A stretch of DNA of 64,000 nt from Mobula hypostoma. Taxonomy: Eukaryota. Below are positions 12,570 to 24,608 of this stretch, piece by piece. Made by a program: the position numbers and the translations under genes. The notes under the pieces are model-generated. The model saw only the letters and a program-made list of their open reading frames with translations. It was not told the DNA's origin and ran no database searches. How positions within the stretch are numbered: position 1 is the first letter of the stretch; each line of letters starts with the position of its first letter. The DNA lies in assembly GCF_963921235.1 (NCBI RefSeq), contig NC_086109.1, positions 10,728,001 to 10,792,000 on the forward strand, given 5' to 3'.

Positions 12570-12970
12570 ACAGCACAGAATCAGGCCTACAGCACAACTT
12601 GCCAAACTATCAATCTGTCTAGTTCATTTACCCACACCAGAAGTATAGCCCTCCATTCTCCTCCCACCCACATACTTATCCAAACTTCTCTTAAAAGTTG
12701 CAATTGAACCCACGTCTCCCACTTCCCTTTGAGTGAAGAAGTTCTCCTTAAGTACTTCTTGTTTCATCCTTAACCCATCACCTCTAGTTCCAGCCTCACC
12801 CAACCTCAGTGGAAAAAGCCTGCTTGCATTGACCCTATCCTTTCATAATATTTTTTAAACCTCCATCAAATCTCCCCTCATTCTGCTACATTCCAGTGCT
12901 AACCTCTTCAATCTTTCCCTATCACTCAGGTCCTCAAGTCCTGGTAACATCCTTGTAAATTTTCTCTGTT
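12570..12970 (-). mobile_element. CR1 LINE 3' fragment
   Basis: RKFTRMLPGLEDLSDRERLKRL...RMRGDLMEV on the minus strand. Confidence 0.8.
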
Positions 12971-13567
12971 CACTGATAATAAAAGTGATCTTACCAGCCG
13001 GATGAGATTGAAAGTGGTGAGGGGAAAGGGGCCCAATGAGGGATTTGTATGTAAGTCTGCAATATTTTAAAACTGAGTCACTCCTCGACTCTTCTTGTGA
13101 TGTTGAAATATGGTGGGATACCCATCGGCCCAAAAGCTGTCGGGAGTTTGCAGGCTGATGTACATTGGCCCTGTACTGTCTGTAGGGTACATTACCAGCA
13201 GCTGAGATCAGCAAACTTAGAAGATCAGATGGCTCCTGGGGTTTTCTTAATGTAACATTTTTAGTCACTAAGGCAAATACTGTCAGGAAGATGACTCAAA
13301 TTCTGCTGGCAGATTAAATTTCATCTTGTGGCCAATTTATCTGGTTTATGGAATTAGCAAATAATGATTTATGTCTCGCTAAATGCTTCATTGGAAATCT
13401 TGGCACAAGCCAGTAGTAGTTTATTAACTCTTTGTTGGTGGGATTACATAATGATTTTAAATTTTTAATAGATGCATTTCTGCTGTCTTCACAGATTTTA
13501 CTATTTTATGTAAACCGTTAAAAATATAAGGTTCCAAGTAAATTTATTTTCAAAGTATATGTCACCT

Positions 13568-13960
13568 GGGTGATAGGGTGGAGATATGTCCCTACCAAAG
13601 GAGGTGTAAGATGCTCCTTCCCTCCGTTAGCCTGCAGGTCACCCTTGGGCAAGGTGTAGCACCTGCTTAGCCCCCGATCAGGGTCCTGTAAAGCCATGAG
13701 AGCAGGTGGTGGATGGTCGTATGAGTGGCTGGTTTCATATCACAAGCCCTGGCTATCTGACCACTGTCACTGTGCAGACAATCTCTGAAGAGTGTTGATA
13801 ATGGCTGGGGTCACCAGTCTTGTAAAGACACTGCCCAGAAGGAGGCAATGGTAAGCCACTTCTGTATATAAAAAAATATTTTTAAAAATTGCCAAGAGCA
13901 GTCATGGTCTTGGAAAGACCATGATCTCCTATGTCATCGGCGTGGCATATAACGAATGAA
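13568..13960 (+). mobile_element. ~390-bp interspersed element, RTE/BovB-related (tentative); second copy at 35575-35963
   Basis: The two copies align end to end (ggaggtgtaa...gctccttccctccg.tagcctgcag...catataacgaatga); contains gaaggaggcaatggtaagccact, reminiscent of BovB-type ends. Confidence 0.6.
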
Positions 13961-14811
13961 GATCGAATGGACGTGGAAAGGATGTTTCCAGTAATGGGGG
14001 AGTCTAGGACCAGAGGGCATAGCCTTGGAATACAAGGACGTCCCTTTAGAGCAGAGATGGAATTTCTTCAGCCAGAGACTATAAGGCCTTGGGAGGATGG
14101 TGAATGTATGGAATTCATTGCTGCAGATGCTATGTGGCCAAGTCACTGGATATACTTAAAGCGAAGGTTGATAGGTAACGCTCACAACATGCTGGAGGAA
14201 CTCAGCAGGTCGGGCAGCATCCGTGGAAACGATCGGTCAACGTTTCAGGCTGGAACCCTTCATCAGGACTGAAGAGGGAAGGGGCAGAGGCCCTATAAAG
14301 AGGGTGGGGGGAGGGTGGGAAGGAGAAGGCTGGTAGGCTCCAGGTGAAAAACCAGTAAGGGGAAAGATAAAGGAATATTCCTTCTTCACCTTTCCTGCCT
14401 ATCACCTCCCTGCTTCCCCTCCCTCACCCCTTTATCTTTCCCCTTACTGGTTTTTCACCTGGAACCTACCAGCCTTCTCCTTCCCACCCTCCCCCCACCT
14501 CCTTTATAGGGCCTCTGCCCCTTCCCTCTACAGTCCTGATGAAGGGTTCCGACCCGAAACATTGACTGATCGTTTCCATGGATGCTGCCCGACCTGCTGA
14601 ATTCCTCCAGCGTGTTGTGAGTGTTGCTTTGACCCCGGCATCTGCAGAGAATTTTGTGAAGGTTGGTAGGTTCTTGATCAGTGAGGGCATCAAAGGTGAT
14701 GTGGAGAAGGCGGGAGAATGGAGGTGAGTGGGATAATAAGTCAGCCATGATGAAATGATGGACTGTGTGGGCTGGGTGGCCTAGTTCAGCTCCTGTGTCT
14801 AATGGTCTTAT
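13961..14811 (+). mobile_element. CR1 3' fragment interrupted by a PLE
   Basis: RMDVERMFPVMGESRTRGHSL; the CR1 3'UTR resumes at 14656. Confidence 0.8.
14177..14655. mobile_element. Non-coding inverted PLE pseudo-LTR insertion (second subfamily) with two hammerheads
   Basis: Arms ~14177-14373 and ~14429-14625; hammerheads at 14235-14271 (-) and 14531-14568 (+); TSD gcgaaggttgataggt (14161-14176) / gtgaaggttggtaggt (14656-14671). Confidence 0.85.
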
Positions 14812-14909
14812 GGAATCAGACTGGGTAATGGGAGAGGGACCTTGTTCACTCAATGATGCATCCTGTCTTCCGTTAGAATTCAGTGACTGACTCAGTCTGC
14901 TATTTTGTA

Positions 14910-15005
14910 GCAGCACACACAAAATGCTGGAGCAACTCAGGAGGTCGGGCAGCATCTATAGAATCAATAAACAGTCGACATTTCAGGCTGAGACCCTTCA
15001 TCAGA
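14910..15005 (-). mobile_element. PLE pseudo-LTR fragment with hammerhead core
   Basis: cagtcgacatttcaggctgagacccttcatcag is the reverse complement of ctgatga-agggtctcagcct-gaaa-tgtc-gactg. Confidence 0.7.
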
Positions 15006-15207
15006 GCTTATTTTATCTGCTTCCTTTGGTGGAGTTTTTTTTTCTCCATGTTTCATACAAACAAAGCACAAACGTATAATTTCCTTGGCTAAAAATGTAG
15101 AAGTAGTTTATTTTCAGTAATGCAGGCCAGTCATTCTCAAAGACTGTAAATTGCACCATTTCTATTTAGAGTTGCACTTGAGAGGTTTACAGAAAACATT
15201 TCGTTTG

Positions 15208-15439
15208 TATGACTGGCTGGAAGAGTGCAGATCCCATCTGAGAACGCATCTTTAATATGACGGGCTGGATGAGTGCTGTTCCCAGCTGAAAAGATATCAT
15301 TCAGACGACCGGCTGGACGAGGACAGTCCCCAGCTGAAAAGATATTGTTCATATGACCGGCTGGACGAGTGCAGCCCCCAGCTGAAAAGATATCGTTCAT
15401 ATGACCGGCTGGACGAGTGCAGTCCCCAGCTGAAAAGAT
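15208..15439. repeat. 48-bp minisatellite, ~4.8 copies
   Basis: Unit tatgaccggctggacgagtgcagtccccagctgaaaagatatcgttca starting at 15208, 15256, 15304, 15352 and 15400. Confidence 0.95.
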
Positions 15440-15788
15440 CAGCTGCAAGCACGCAAGTTTACAGTTTGTTTTAACTTCCCTTTAGGGGTCAGCAGTGGGA
15501 AGGGAAGCTTCAAGTTCCTGAGTGTCAGCGTCTCAGAAGATCTGTCCTGGGCCCAGCATGTTGATGCAATCACGAGGAAGGCAGTCTTTCTGCATTAGGA
15601 GTTTGAGGAGATTGGTGTGTCTTCAAAGACTCCGATGAATTTCTACAGGTGTACCATGGAGAGCCTTCTGACTGGTTGCATCACCAGTACAGAGTCTCCA
15701 ATATGTACAGTAGCATCAGAAGAAGCTGCAGGAGGTTGTAGACCCAATCCGCTCCATCGTAGGCATTAGCCTTCCCACCACTGGGAAC

Positions 15789-17202
15789 ATGGGCAAAATT
15801 AGGGCACATGGTATTGGGAGCAGAGTACTGACATGGATTGAAAATTGGCTGGCTGACAGAAAACAAAGAGTAGCGATTAACGGCTCCCTTTCGGAATGGC
15901 AGGCGGTGACCAGTGGGGTACAGCAGGGTTCAGTGCCGGGACCGCAGCTGTTTACAATATATATTAATGATTTAGATGAGGGAATTAAAAGTAACATTAG
16001 CAAATTTGCCGATGACACAAAGCTGGGTGGCAGTGTGAAATGTGAGGAGGATGTTATGAGAATGCAGGATGACTTGGACAGGCTGGGTGAGTGGGCAGAT
16101 GCATGGCAGATGCAGTTTAATGTGGATAAATGTGAGGTTATCCACTTTGGTGGTAAGAACAGGAAGGCAGATTATTATCTGAATGGAAGCAACACACATA
16201 AAAGTTGCTGGTGAACGCAGCAGGCCAGGCAGCATCTCTAGGAAGGGGAGATTATCTCCCCCTCCCCCTCCAACTTTCAAATCCCTTACTCACTCTTCCT
16301 TCAGTTAGTCCTGACGAAGGGTCACGGCTTGAAACGTCGACTGCACCTCTTCCTAGAGATGCTGCCTGGCCTGCTGCGTTCACCAGCAACTTTTATGTGT
16401 GTTGCTTGAATTTCCAGCATCTGCAGAATTCCTGTTGTTTGCATTATCTAAATGGAGTCAAGTTAGGAAAAGGGGAAGTACAACGAGATCTAGGTGTTCT
16501 TGTACATCAGTCACTGAAAGCAAGCATGCAAGTACAGCAGGCAGTGAAGAAAGCTAATGGCATGCTGGCCTTCATAACAAGGGGAATTGAGTAAAAGAGC
16601 AGAGGTCCTTCTGCTGCTGTACAGGGCCCTGGTGAGAACATACCTGGAGTACTGTGTGCAGTTTTGGTCCCCAAATTTGAGGAGGGACATTCTTGCTATT
16701 GAGGGAGTGCAGCGTAGGTACACAAGGTTAATTCCCGGGATGGCGGGACTGTCATATGTTGAAAGATTGGAGCGACTGGGCTTGTGTACTCTGGAATTTA
16801 GAAGGCTGAGAGGGTATCTTATTGAAACATAAAAGATTATTAAGGGATTGGACACGCTGGAGGCAGGAAGCATGTTCCCACTGATGGGTGAGTCCAGAAC
16901 CAAAGGCCACAGTTTAAGAATAAGGGATAGGCCATTTAGAACGGAGTTGAGGAAAAACTTTTTCACCCAGAGAATGGTGGATATATGGAATGCTCTGCCC
17001 CAGAAGGCTGTGGAGGCCAAGTCTCTGGATGCTTTCAAGAAAGAGATGGATAGAGCTCTTAAAGATAGCGGAATCAAAGGTTATGGGGATAAGGCAGGAA
17101 CTGGATACTGATTGTGGATGATCAGCCATGATCACAGTGAATGGCGGTGCTGGCTCGAAGGGACGAGTGACCTACTCCTGCACCTATTGTCTATTGTCTA
17201 TT
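15789..17202 (+). mobile_element. Young 5'-truncated CR1 LINE (RT C-terminal half plus 3'UTR), nested in a Rex1-type remnant
   Basis: VTSGVQQGSVPGPQLFTIYINDL...ISKFADDTK, LEYCVQFWSP, FFTQRMVDIWNALP; (ctattgt)n tail. Confidence 0.95.
16188..16442. mobile_element. 255-bp inverted mini-PLE with hammerhead (16306-16343)
   Basis: Splits the CR1 ORF at YYLNG|VKLG; TSD attatctgaatgga (16174-16187) / attatctaaatgga (16443-16456); ~57-bp inverted arm plus ~35-nt tail. Confidence 0.9.
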
Positions 17203-17399
17203 CAAAAGGCAGTGCCTCATCCATCATTAAAGACTGTCATCATCTGGGATATGTTCTCTTCTCATTGCTACCATCAGGGAGAAGGAATAGGAGCCTGAAG
17301 ATGCACGGTCGACATTTTAGTAGCAGCTTCTTCCTCCCCGCCGTTAGATCCCTGAATGATCCATGAACTCTACCTCACCATTTCACTCTCTGCACTTTT

Positions 17400-18960
17400 A
17401 AAAGTTGAAGTTTACTTTATTGTCACGTGTATGCTGCCAAACACAGCAATGTTCTTCTGGTCCAAGGTGCACCACGCAGTACATATAACTAACACATAAA
17501 GTAATGTTACCGCTAGTAAATTAACAAATAATAAGGTGCATTTATGACACAAGTTTATAAAGTCAGCACTATGACTGTACTGGCGCTTCATGCGTGGTGA
17601 GGCCTGAGTGGTGGTAGGGAGTTCGGTAGTCTTATGGCCTGAGGGAAGGATCTGTTTCCCATCCGAACAGTTCTTGTCCTAATGCCTGGTGGTTGGGATT
17701 CAGCAAGATTGTTGGACGAATGGGAGAGACCATCGACAATGCTAAGGGCTCTGCGTACAGAGCAGTACTGAGAAATACCTCTGATGGGTGGAAGAGAGAC
17801 CCCAGTGACCCCCGCAATCATTTGTTGGAGCTTGCGGTCAGACGCCTTGCAATTCCTGTAGCAGGCAGTGCTGCGGCTGGTCAGGACACTCTCGATGGAG
17901 CTGCTGTGAATTTGGTTAGAATGGTGGGGGGGGGGCGGGAGCCTCGTTTGCCTCAACCACCTCAGGAAGTGGAGACACTGCTGTGTTTTTTTTTGACCAA
18001 AGACATGGTGTTGAGGGACCAGGTGAGATAGTCCTAGAAACTTGGTGCTCCTAACTCTGCTCATGGAGGAGTTGTGAGGAGGAAAGTTCACAATCACCTC
18101 GGTGGTCTTGTCCACTTTGGGACTCAAGTTGTTCTGCTTGAACCATTCTACCGGCTGCTCCATCTCCTCTCTATCCTGTCGTTGTTGTTGATGAGGCCAG
18201 TCACTGTTGTGTCATCAGCAAACTTCAAGGTACAGTTCGGACTGGATCTCTCAGTGCAGTCATGCGCCAGCAGCGTGAACAGCAGGGGGCTCAGTGCGTA
18301 GCCATGGGGGTTCCAGTGCTCAGCGTGATGGAGCTAGAGATGTTTCTTCCAACGTGGTCTGACTATGGTCTTTCTGAAGTCAAAGATCCAGCTACAGAGT
18401 GAGATGCTGAGATCCAATGAGGACAGTTTATCCACCAGCTTCTGGGGGACGTTTGTATTAAATGCCGAGCCGAAGTTGATAAACACCCTGGCATGTGAAG
18501 TGCCATTTTCCTGGTTGGAGGGGGCGGACTGGAGTGCAGTGCCCATGGCATCATTAGTGGACTGATTTGAGCGATAAGTGAAATGGAAAGGGTCCAGTGT
18601 AGCAGGAAGATGGGATTTAATGCAATCCGCAACAACTGCTCATAGCCCTTTATTATTGTTTGAGGTCAGTGCCACTGGGCAGTCGTCGTTGTGGCAGGTT
18701 ACTTTCGCCCTCTTGGGCCCTGGCACGATGGTGGTCGCCTTGAAGCCTGAGAGGTCGGCGGACTGTTCCGGAGGGATGCTGAAGATGTCTGCTGGAATCT
18801 CTTGTTTACCTGGTCTGCACAGTTCCTCAGCACCCGAGCAGCTACGTTATTCGCCTCTGCAGCTTTGTGTGGGTTGACCCTTGCTGGGGTCTTCCTCACA
18901 TCAGCTGTGGGTCAGACAAAGTGCCTGCTTCTCGGAGGGAGAGGGGGCCTTCCTCGCCGG
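17400..18960 (-). mobile_element. Degenerate Rex1/Babar-type LINE (RT region to 3' tail)
   Basis: Fragments VNPHKAAEANNVAARVLRNCADQ, ARVFINFGSAFNTNVPQKLVDKL and WFKQNNLSPKVDKTTEVIVNF. Confidence 0.85.
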
Positions 18961-20562
18961 AACATCATTCGTGTATCAAACCGAGTGTGAGAGACATTCA
19001 ACCTATCAAAGGAAGGGAATATATATTTCTTATTGTAACTTGTAGTCACTTTTTATGTATTCCACTCCACTGTTGCTGCGAAACCACAGCACATGTCACT
19101 AGTTATAAATCTGATGCTGATTCTGAACTTGCCACTGGATCCGGTTTGTTTTAGAGGTTTATTTCAATTTTGGGGTGTTTCTTTGTCTTGCATCCTGTCC
19201 CATCCTCTCGGCCAGGCCAAGTCAGGTGAGCATATTGTAACACTGCCTTGTGGAGGACGTGATTCCTTGATGGCATCTCCCAACGCCCACGAGCTCTCGT
19301 AACCAGGGAGGGCAAGAACATCGGCTGCATGGGGGCGCCACCATCTGCTGGTTCCCCTTCAAGTCACAAGCCGTGTGGACTTGCAAATCTGTTGCTGTTT
19401 TTTCGATTTTGTCGAGTCTAAATCCTGGAACCCTGGAACAGTATGGAACCATAGTGTCCCAGAAGGACAGTAGCTGATCAGGAAGGCACTTTACTACCAC
19501 TGCCTTGAGCAGTTCAGGATGGGCTGTAAATGCTGGCGTACCCGTAATTGCCTTTGGGATGATAGTAATAAAATAACATTAATATAAAATATGCTGGAGC
19601 AGACTTTGTATTTAGTGTGGGAAATGTCTTGCTCAGGTTACTCTCTTCACAGTGTTTCTGTGAACCTTGATTTATTGATTTTTTTTGTGAAGAAATCATG
19701 TTACAAGCTGCAAGAAAAATCAATCGGCATGTTAGATAATGGCGAGTGTAACGCTTTACAATGCCAACGATCGGGGTGCAATTCCCACCGCGATCTGTAA
19801 GGAGTTTGTATGTTTTCCCTGTTCAAAGATTCAAAGTACATTATCAAAGCACGTATGCAGTATTCAACCCTGAGATTTGTCTTCCCATGGACAGCCACGA
19901 AACAAAGCTGTGGAACCCACTCAAAGAAAAACATCAAACCCCAATGTACAAAAAAAAAGCAAATTGCGCAAACAGCAAAAAAAAACACGAAATACGAAAC
20001 GCCATCACACAAAGTCATTGAAGGAGTCCAGGCATATTCGTTGCAGCCCAGTCCAGTCCAATCCAGCGCTGCGCTGCCTGCCACCCGCAGAGTGCCCCAA
20101 TCAAAGTCGCGCAAGATAGCAGCAAAAATGGGACCACCAGAAACGCATCATAATGTGAACGAAAGAGGGGGAGGGGCACACCCACCCACCCCGAATGCAG
20201 GCAGACAGCGTTGGACAGCCACGCGCCCACCCTCAGCTCTTGTCCTTGTTGATTTCAGTCTTATTCTGGGTACTCCAGTATCCTACCACTTCCCAAATAA
20301 AAGGGTTAAATGGTTGTGGGCGTGCCAAACGCACGGTGATGATTGCGGGTTGCCCCAACACATCGTCAGACTGTTATCGTAAACGGTGCATTTCACTGTA
20401 TGTTTCCATGTGTATGTGACCAATAAAATTAATCTTTAATGAATATAGTTGAAGATAAATTTGTCATAAATGCTGCGGAGACTGTAGTCTTGAAACAAAC
20501 GGACGGTGCTGATTTTTGTTGAGTGCCGTTGATCCGAAATGTTAATTCTCATTCTCATTCAT

Positions 20563-20576
20563 TCTCTCTCTCTCTG

Positions 20577-20633
<57 letters not shown>

Positions 20634-20657
20634 TTCTCTCTTTCTCTCTCTTTCTCT
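20563..20657. repeat. (CT)n/(CTTT) microsatellite
   Basis: Direct reading. Confidence 0.95.
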
Positions 20658-20750
20658 GTGGATGTTCTGAGTGTCTGCAGGATTTCTTGTCTCTCATTCA
20701 GATCGCTCTTCTGGCAGTGCCTCAGCCGTCCCAGCAATACCGGTGTAGCA

Positions 20751-21021
20751 CGGGGTGGCACGGTAGTGTAGTGGTTAGCACAACGGTTTGCGATACAAGC
20801 AGCCCGGGTTCAATTCCCACTGCTGCCTGTAAAAGAGTTTGTCCCTTCTCCCCTTGACCGCGTGGGTTTCCTCTGGGTGCTCCGGTTTCCTCCTACAGTC
20901 CAAAGACGTACTTGCTTGGTGGTTACTTGGTCATTGTAAATTGTCCCGTGGTTAGGCTGGGGTTAATATCGGGGGATTGCTGGGCTATTCTGCGCTGTAT
21001 CTCAATAAATAAGTAAATAAG
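20751..21021 (+). mobile_element. tRNA-derived V-SINE (HE1-like), near full length
   Basis: Box A gtagtgtagtggttagc, box B gggttcaattccc, V-domain gtgggtttcctctgggtgctccggtttcctcctacagtccaaagac, (aaat)n tail. Confidence 0.85.
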
Positions 21022-21855
21022 CCATTTAACATTGCAGGCCAATGAACTTACAGCAGAACTGAGGAAAGACGAAGTCAGGCATTTTGAGGATGTAGAAGAA
21101 GTGGGAGGAAGCTTGAAGGGAATCCATAAAAGGAGTCGATGAATGACACAAGGCATAGAAGTGAAAATGAATATTAATAGATAAGGCCCTATCCAATTCT
21201 CAGGATGAATTTCACAGCTGAGATGTAAAATTGCTGAAAAAAAACTTTCATTAATTGCAGTAATACCAGAAGTCATTAAGTGTATGCGATTGTGGGGGAG
21301 CTGTTGCTTAAACTACATGAATGTTTATTCTGCCTTTTTAAAGATGTTCAAAGACAGCGGCTATATTTCATTGGGGGTTTGAGGAGATTCGATATGTCAC
21401 TAACGACACTTGCAAGTTTCTACCGCGGAGAGCATTCGAACTGGCTGCATCACTGTCTGGCATGCGGGCGGGGTCTACTGCGCAGGATCAAAATAAGTTG
21501 AAGAGAGTTCTTAACTCAAGTCAGCTGCATCATGGGCCCTCGCCTCCCCAGCATCCAGGACACCATTAAAGGCCTCCATCACCTATGTCGTGCCTTGTTC
21601 TTATTGCTACCATCAGGGAGGAGGTACAGAAGCCTGAAGGCACACACTCAGCGATTCAGGAACAGCTTCTCCCCCTCTGCCATCTGATTTCTGAATGGAC
21701 ATTGGACCCATGAACACTACCTCATTACTTTTTTTATTTCTATTCTTACAGTACCTATTTAATTTGACCGTTTTATATATATTTTTATTCACATTTTTTT
21801 CTATTATTATCTATTGCCTTGTAGTGTTGCTGCAAAGCCAACAGAATCACAAATA

Positions 21856-21993
21856 ACAGGAATTCTGCAGATGCTGGGAATTCAAGCAACACACATCCTC
21901 ACTACTTTTCCACTACAGTCCTGACGAAGGGTCTTGGCCTGAAACGTCGACTGTACCTCTTCCTAGAGATGCTGCCTGGCCTGCTGCGTTCAA
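21856..21993. mobile_element. 138-bp rearranged mini-PLE with hammerhead
   Basis: Inverted tail segment followed by a plus-strand pseudo-LTR piece; perfect 11-bp TSD aatcacaaata (21845-21855 / 21994-22004). Confidence 0.85.
21914..21955 (+). ncRNA. Minimal type I hammerhead ribozyme with 7-bp stem I
   Basis: tacagtc-ctgacga-agggtcttggcct-gaaa-cgtc-gactgta. Confidence 0.8.
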
Positions 21994-24404
21994 AATCACA
22001 AATACGCTGGTGATAATAAAGCTGATTCTGATTCTAAAGCCTGCCATTTTCTACTCTCTACAAGGTGTTTTCTAACCCTTTCGCCCCCTGCAATGCAGAT
22101 CCCTTGGTGCATTGCACACATTTGTTACACAGTCTGGTGTGGGATTGGGTGGGTGGCCAAGAAGTGGGCTGGAGGCCTCGGGTGCGGGAGCAGATCAGCC
22201 AGTACGACCCTCTGCAGTAGATTCCTGCCCTGGGCAGTCTGCAGCTTTTGAAGTTGGGACTTCGGCACTGGGACGGGGAAAGAAACTGTGGAACATTCAT
22301 CATTTCCGTCGAAAGCATTCTGTCTGGATGCATAATGGCTTGGTATGGCAACTGCTCTGCAAGTGACCACAAGAAACTCCAGACAGTTGTGGACACAGCT
22401 GGGCACATCATGGTCCAGCCTCCCCTCTATTGACTCTGCTGCCTCGGTAAAGCAGTCAGCATAGTTAAAAGTAAATTTTACTTTTGAAGTACATATATAT
22501 CACCTTATACAACCCTGATCCATTTTCCTGCAGGCATACTCAGCAGGTCCTACCCACCACAGAAATCTTCTCCTCTCCTCTCGCCTGTTGGGCAGAAGAT
22601 ACAAAAGTCTGAAAGCACGTACCACCAGGCTCAAGAACAGCTTTGACCCTACTGTTATTAGACTATTAAATAGTTCCCTCGTACGATAAATTGGACTCTG
22701 GACCTCACAATCTACCTCGAGATGATCTTGCATCTTATTGTTTACCTGCAGCGCATTCTCTCTGTAGCTGGAACACTTTATTCTGCACTATGTTATTGTT
22801 TTGCCTGGTTCTACCTCAATGCACTGTGTAATCATCTGATCTGTATGAACAGTATGCAAAACAAGCTCTTCTCTGGCTATCAGTATATGCGATAATAAAC
22901 CAGTTCTAATTCAGGAGAATAATGCGTGGGCCCTTTCTCACATGGGAGAGAGATGGTTAACTGTAGTAAGTCAGTTTGGTTACATGGGAGAATACTCATC
23001 TAATTAAAGTTGCAACATTGAAATTGTTAGGGGTGTCCCTTTAGTGAGGGATCTCTTGAGATTGGGGTGCTTTCAATGAGCAATCTCGGCAATCTGTGTG
23101 GCGATGTCTTCTGTCACGTTTCGCCACTTGAACATTATTAGAACCATGTTGGTCGGAAGGATATGACCTGTAGTGGGTAGGAAATTGGGAACATTCCCAG
23201 GCATTTTGGTGCCTTAGTTGTGATGGCTTATTGTATCCGTGCATTGGGAAATTTAAGTAGCTTTTATTTTGTAATGGCACTTGCGTGCTGACCCCAGGAT
23301 GGATCCTTCAGTATGACAACACCAAGGAATTTAAAGTTATGGATCCTCTCCAACTCCGATCCCCAATGACAGACTGGCTTAATGACAATGGCCAGATCTG
23401 ATCCGTTTTGGTCATTTTGATTACAGGATTAAGTATTGGCCACAATATGAGGGATGGTACTGCTACGGCATTTGCAATAATGCACAATGTTTTTAAGACT
23501 TCATGTAAACAGAAACTTCTCATAATCCATTGGCATGGTGCCAGGTAGCAAACGTTATTGGATACTTTTATTGGAGTTTACATTGTTTTATAAGATTTGA
23601 ATATTAATGGCAAGGTTCACAGAGTAATTGTGCATCATAAGCATTTTAAAGGTGCACACACCTTCCTCTGTCTACAGCACCAAGGTGTTGACATATCATA
23701 GCAAGTACTCCACTCCTTGTACAAGCTAATTGCAACAAGCTGTGAATCACTTGTATTTTAATTTCCTGCGCACAGACTTGAGGATAACTTTAGTTATTTG
23801 CAAAGGACCATTGTGGAAAATGGCAGTGCTACTCCAAGTGACCTTTGACCTGATACTGCAGCTGCTGCCAGTGAAACTGCTCATAGCTTAATGGCAAATG
23901 AGATGTGTTGGGCTATCGTTCCAAAAGCCTCTCATCAGGATAATAGGTTCGAGTGGAAACCATTCCTAAATATGCGTAAGCACCAGAAAGTCTGCAGATG
24001 CTGGAAATCCAAAGCAATGCACATACACAAAATGTCAGGCAGCATCTATGGAAATGAATAAACCTTTCACATCTTTTCACTTGCCTATCACTTCCTCCTG
24101 GGTCCCCTTCTTCTTCCCTTTCTCCTATGGTCCACTCTCCTGTCCTATCAGATTTTTTTTTCCCAGCCCTTGACTTTTCCCGCTCTCCTGGCTTCACCTT
24201 CCAGCCATCCTCCTTCCCCTCCCCGAGTCTTTTTATTCTGGCGTCTTCCCCTTCCTTCTCATAGGTGGGTCTCGATCTGAAACATCAATTCCGTAGATGC
24301 TGGAATTTTCCAGCATTTTGTGTCTGTTGCCTAAATATGCATTCTGCTTCTTCTCCTTTTTGGGATGCTAAAACTGATTTTTAACACGCCTTTGAAGTTA
24401 GCAA

Positions 24405-24436
24405 CGCACGCACGCACGCACACACACACACACACA

Positions 24437-24485
<49 letters not shown>

Positions 24486-24486
24486 A

Positions 24487-24518
<32 letters not shown>
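24405..24518. repeat. (CA)n microsatellite fused to a PLE end
   Basis: Expansion of the PLE terminal motif gcaacacaca, followed by aatgctggaggaactcagc. Confidence 0.95.
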
Positions 24519-24520
<2 letters not shown>

Positions 24521-24608
24521 GCTGGAGGAACTCAGCAATTCAGGCGCAGTGTCTATGGAAAAGAATAAATAGTTGACGTTTCAGGCTAAAAACCTTCATC
24601 CTGAGGTA

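Noticed and set aside
15208..15439. CRISPR-like array
   Set aside because: Units are contiguous with no unique spacers, no cas genes, eukaryotic context.
21037..21141. Terminal exon ANELTAELRKDEVRHFEDVEE...
   Set aside because: Acceptor lacks a pyrimidine tract and sits on a SINE tail; peptide not recognised.
2946..22004. PLE targeting preference for LINEs
   Set aside because: All five TSD-bounded PLE insertions lie in LINE remnants, but LINE debris dominates the window and the TSDs share no clear consensus.
24331..24568. CV- and HT-repeat ORFs (also RE/SL repeats at 20523-20771)
   Set aside because: Translations of microsatellites.
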